64,000 nt of DNA from Amoebophrya sp. A120. Lineage: Eukaryota > Protista > Dinoflagellata. How positions within the stretch are numbered: the first letter of the stretch is position 1; each line of letters starts with the position of its first letter. Positions 61,301-64,000 of the stretch are shown piece after piece. The stretch covers positions 4,816,747 through 4,880,746 of the forward strand of contig CAJINV010000001.1 of the NCBI GenBank assembly GCA_905178155.1, written 5' to 3'. The position numbers and the translations under genes were made by a program. The notes under the pieces were generated by a model that had not been told where the DNA came from, searched no databases, and worked only from the letters and a program-made list of their open reading frames with translations.

Positions 61301-62157
61301 AACATCAAAGCACTGTGGTCAACATCGACGCAGAAGAAATTACTTTACCCGCAAGAACATCAAACGGAAAGAACGCCGGAGCAACTGCAAACGGAGATGT
61401 TGCGCCTTGTGACTCGCTACAGCACGACGGAGGAGGGCCTCCAAATACAGCACGCTCAAGTTGTAGTAGACCAAAGGAATTATCCCCAGTGGCTATGACG
61501 TATGCCGACCGACTGAAGATGTCAAGAAGCAAGACAACCACGACTAGCAGTAAAACTTCGACTATCAAAAGTACTTAAAAATGTCTGGGTCTGGAAGAAG
61601 AGAAATTTGTCGTGCACATTTTCCATGATCCATGATGTCTGTGACGTATACCATAGCATAACAGATTTTTTGAGCGCCTATCGATGCACATCCTGCATGA
61701 CAAATGCCCTCTACGCGTAGGCAAATTTGACTCATCTTGCTGCTCATGCAATACAGATTTTCTGAGCATCCAAATGCAGCATAACAAGTTTGGCTCTTCC
61801 AGACCCAGACATTTTTGCATTTGATATCGACGTCGGCCTCCAACGCACCGCCCGCTTCCGTGCCAAAAGCGAACGTCCGACCAAACACCAATAGAATCAC
61901 AAAGGAAGATCTCTATGCAAGAAAAAAACTGCGTAAGTGTAAATCTGTGATGCAGAAAATGCAAAACAGTTACACTTGTCATGCTCGACATGCATGATCG
62001 GCTCGCTTCCTCTGTGTTTTCCCTTTCTATCTGCGCATAACAAGTTTTTCCTGTCATAGCAGACAAACTTTCGTTGCAGTTTTCCCAAACGACTTACACT
62101 AACACAGTTTTTTTCTTGGATAATCTCGGCGCTTGGGGTAATCCGGACAGCGACTAA
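49337..62157 (+). CDS. Giant gene: Q/P/S-rich N-terminus plus GHKL (HATPase_c-like) ATPase domain; 18 introners plus at least 3 other introns
   Basis: Frame can be followed across all 18 IEs, GT-AG introns 53104-53356 and 55910-56147 and one intron near 54328-54592, to TAA at 62155; motifs KGKFGDGLQSA, RIYVKGMLV and YFGYNL...SRDR. Confidence 0.75.
51989..52198. mobile_element. Introner element, family D variant (210 bp)
   Basis: TIR tatcccgcgaaaaaagtgttacagttacacatt; DR tcgac; removal gives RVDVDS. Confidence 0.94.
52301..52622. mobile_element. Introner element, family B (322 bp)
   Basis: Family B TIRs; DR cgagt; removal gives HNEWGS. Confidence 0.95.
53673..53939. mobile_element. Introner element, family G-like (267 bp), DR not preserved
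   Basis: tatggg..ttttcaaacgttt / aacatttgagaatcccata; flanks cggtg/ctccg; removal with 5 nt keeps frame. Confidence 0.8.
55138..55333. mobile_element. Introner element, family D (196 bp)
   Basis: TIR tatgcaagaaaaaaa; DR agaac; removal gives RENQVM. Confidence 0.95.
55390..55697. mobile_element. Introner element, family C (308 bp)
   Basis: Family C TIRs; DR acacg; removal gives PYTKQK. Confidence 0.95.
56372..56600. mobile_element. Introner element, family D variant (229 bp)
   Basis: tatcccacgaaaaaagtg...ttttttctttgcata; DR cagaa; removal gives GQKEVK. Confidence 0.92.
56660..56894. mobile_element. Introner element, family G (235 bp)
   Basis: TIR tatggcgttctcaaacgttacattctca; DR cactt; removal gives TAHFCL. 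Confidence 0.95.
57016..57283. mobile_element. Introner element, family A (268 bp)
   Basis: Family A TIRs (tatgaa variant on both arms); DR cacgg; removal gives VHTVPS. Confidence 0.95.
57469..57805. mobile_element. Introner element, family E (337 bp, with a 43-bp insert)
   Basis: Family E TIRs; DR tctgt; removal gives QDLLKE. Confidence 0.94.
57859..58180. mobile_element. Introner element, family B (322 bp)
   Basis: Family B TIRs; DR cgaca; removal gives NDMYY. Confidence 0.95.
58511..58778. mobile_element. Introner element, family A (268 bp)
   Basis: Family A TIRs; DR gttct; removal gives PLVLTR. Confidence 0.95.
58895..59155. mobile_element. Introner element, family G (261 bp)
   Basis: Family G TIRs; DR tccag; removal gives ITSSQR. 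Confidence 0.95.
59230..59533. mobile_element. Introner element, family C (304 bp)
   Basis: Family C TIRs; DR aagaa; removal gives HKNDLL. Confidence 0.95.
59666..59880. mobile_element. Introner element, family D-like (215 bp)
   Basis: TIR tatcccacgaaaaaactgtttcactgtga / tcacagtgaaacagttttttcctgcgata; DR ttttc/ttctc; removal gives ELFRSIF. Confidence 0.92.
60241..60561. mobile_element. Introner element, family B (321 bp)
   Basis: Family B TIRs; DR tctgc; removal gives PILRNP. Confidence 0.95.
60610..60957. mobile_element. Introner element, family A (348 bp, with a 72-bp insert)
   Basis: Family A TIRs; DR ctcgc/cttgc; removal gives EQLAQL. Confidence 0.94.
60825..60896 (+). mobile_element. 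Short nested insert with 12-bp duplication and (TTCAA)n tail; possible truncated non-LTR/SINE copy
   Basis: aatccagcgaca at 60813-60824 and 60897-60908; host length without it is 264 bp, typical of family A. Confidence 0.55.
61563..61826. mobile_element. Introner element, family A (264 bp)
   Basis: Family A TIRs; DR tcgac; removal gives KTSTSAS. Confidence 0.95.
61914..62122. mobile_element. Introner element, family D (209 bp)
   Basis: Family D TIRs; DR atctc; removal gives EDLGAWGNPDSD-stop. Confidence 0.95.
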
Positions 62158-64000
62158 ATACAGACGAGGCCGCAATACTACATATAAGGACTTCGACGAC
62201 TAATTGATATTGAAGATGATGCAACGTAACTACTAGAAATTTTTGAGATCATACTTCTACTGCAGGTTGAGCAGTTAGTTTCCAGGTGAGAATATGCGGT
62301 TTTATTTTTCAAATCATACGATCGATAATTTAATCAACAACGCAAGAGCAGCAGGGCTCGCACCGAACCCGATGCGAACAGAGCAGGAAAGAAAGAGACA
62401 TGCTGGGCCTCTCTTAGAACTAGATGACGGAGAGTAGACGTCAGACGATAGATAGAAAACTACTGGAACTACGCAGAAAAATATAATGAGCAGACGACAA
62501 TGAAAAAAGAATAAACAAGCATCATGGTTGATGTGATCGATTGCGCTCGAATCGTCGCGCGATTGTTACTAATATTCCTGGTGTCCTCTTTGGCCAAGCA
62601 ACAAGCAAGCGAGCACCGATAAGCGATAAAGCGTGTTCCTTCACGCGTCCTATCAGCAGTCCGAATATCATCGCTTCTTGCACAAAACCTATCAATGATC
62701 CTCAGCGCGTATTCCTCATGCATCCGCCTTCCATGCGGAATTCACGTCCTCAGCGCGTATTACGACTGGACTTAACATCCCACGCGCTTTGCAAGTGCGA
62801 ATTTTTTGGCTTATGTTTTACAGTGTGAAGAAGGGGGGTACCTGGGATCCGCTTCTTTTCCTGTTTGGTATCGGCCGCTGCTTACCGCCGGATCAGCGCA
62901 TTGATACGAAACTCAAGAATATAGAGAAATAGATATGAATCTAAGAACAAACCAGGCTAAAATCGGTGAAGTGACTTTATCGATTTTAGCATAGTTGTCA
63001 ACTTTTTGCGTCTCAGAGCCACGTAATGCTAAGAGATCTTTTTCGCGCAGCGGCAGCCAATTTCTTTTTTTCATTCGCATTTGTGATTTTCTTTCCGCAT
63101 AGGGATAAGTCAAAAACAAATAAGGTGAAAAACATCCTCCAGAGCACACAGGTGAAAAAAGAGCCTTGACAGACCAACATTTGTACAAACGTAATGCTTG
63201 TCACAAAGGTGCTACTTCTGCTCTAGCAAGATGAAGAGAAATTCAATGTCTCAATATGTTCGTTTCCACTGCCAAGAATAATTATATTATAATTCTTTTT
63301 GGATGAGGCTTTTTGTTTTTTTGGGACTTGAGAGGCTCTCTTTGGGACTTGGTCGCCAGGCTCTCTTTTTTTCCCCTCGTGATTCGCAAAAAAGGACGGG
63401 TGGACCCCTTTCCGGGACTTGAAGTAGCCAGAATACCACCGGAGGAGCTCGGAAATTAAAGGAAAAGGCCCCCGCTTGATGCTGCTGTTTCTTCATGGAC
63501 CGGAAAAGGCAAGCGGCGAAAAATCTTCATGGACCGCGTCGGCGAAAAATCAGCTGCAACGCAAAACCCTGGGGGCTGGAGCGACGCACAACCTTACCAC
63601 TTGCCGCCCACACAACCACAACGCTTTTGGTTTCGCAGACGCATAGTGACTGCTTCAAACATGCATGGATAAGTTGGAGGGGGTTGGAGAATCTCTTTAA
63701 TTGACATACGCATCTGATCTCCGGCTATTGATTAGTCGCTCGGGCTCAGCGATGGGAGAGCGCGAGAATCGATCGGGCGAACGGGAACAGTTTTCGTCGT
63801 GCGCGCCCGCGTTGGGCGGCTGCGAAGCGGAAAGAATCCGCGTGAGGCTATCCCACCGAGGCCCGAGCGAGGATTCTCCCAACGCTGCCAAGTCCTTGTG
63901 AGGGCAGAGGGCTGCGTGCGTGAAAAGGTCCCGGGCGCGTTGCCATTGACCCGCGCGAGCAAACTCGCACGAAGAAGTGCGAGGCTGTATCTAATGTGAA

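Noticed and set aside
9030-61826. Recurrent peptides such as [14 protein letters not shown] and KNPPSPY in many ORFs, suggesting a repeat protein family
   Set aside because: They are translations of introner TIRs.
55138-62122. Repeat-spacer-like alternation resembling a CRISPR array
   Set aside because: Repeats are 200-350 bp TIR elements of different families, the spacers are in-frame exons, and there are no cas genes.
8858-62157. Genes as transposon-disrupted pseudogenes
   Set aside because: All 35 insertions restore the frame under one rule, and conserved motifs such as the J-domain HPD are intact.
1-64000. Dinoflagellate spliced-leader relics, tRNA or rRNA genes
   Set aside because: No convincing match seen by eye.

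Overview
Eukaryotic genomic DNA, most consistent with the parasitic dinoflagellate Amoebophrya (Syndiniales); this is inferred from the architecture, not from a marker gene. About 9-10 protein-coding genes all lie on the + strand: a PPPDE/DeSI-like peptidase, a GT-A glycosyltransferase-like gene, a second glycosyltransferase-like gene, a SAM methyltransferase, one or two very large unknown genes, IFT43, a DnaJ+thioredoxin-fold protein, a membrane protein and a giant gene with a GHKL-type ATPase domain. The main feature is 35 introner elements (IEs) of about 120-350 bp in nine sequence types that interrupt the coding regions. All begin TAT, end ATA and carry terminal inverted repeats (TIRs); 33 are flanked by a 5-bp direct repeat (DR) with at most one mismatch. 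Deleting an element plus 5 nt restores the reading frame in all 35 cases, although most junctions cannot be GT-AG. One IE contains a nested 1205-bp foldback element with an 8-bp target site duplication (TSD), and two others contain short inserts with 12-15 bp duplications. Family letters A-H and X are my own labels.
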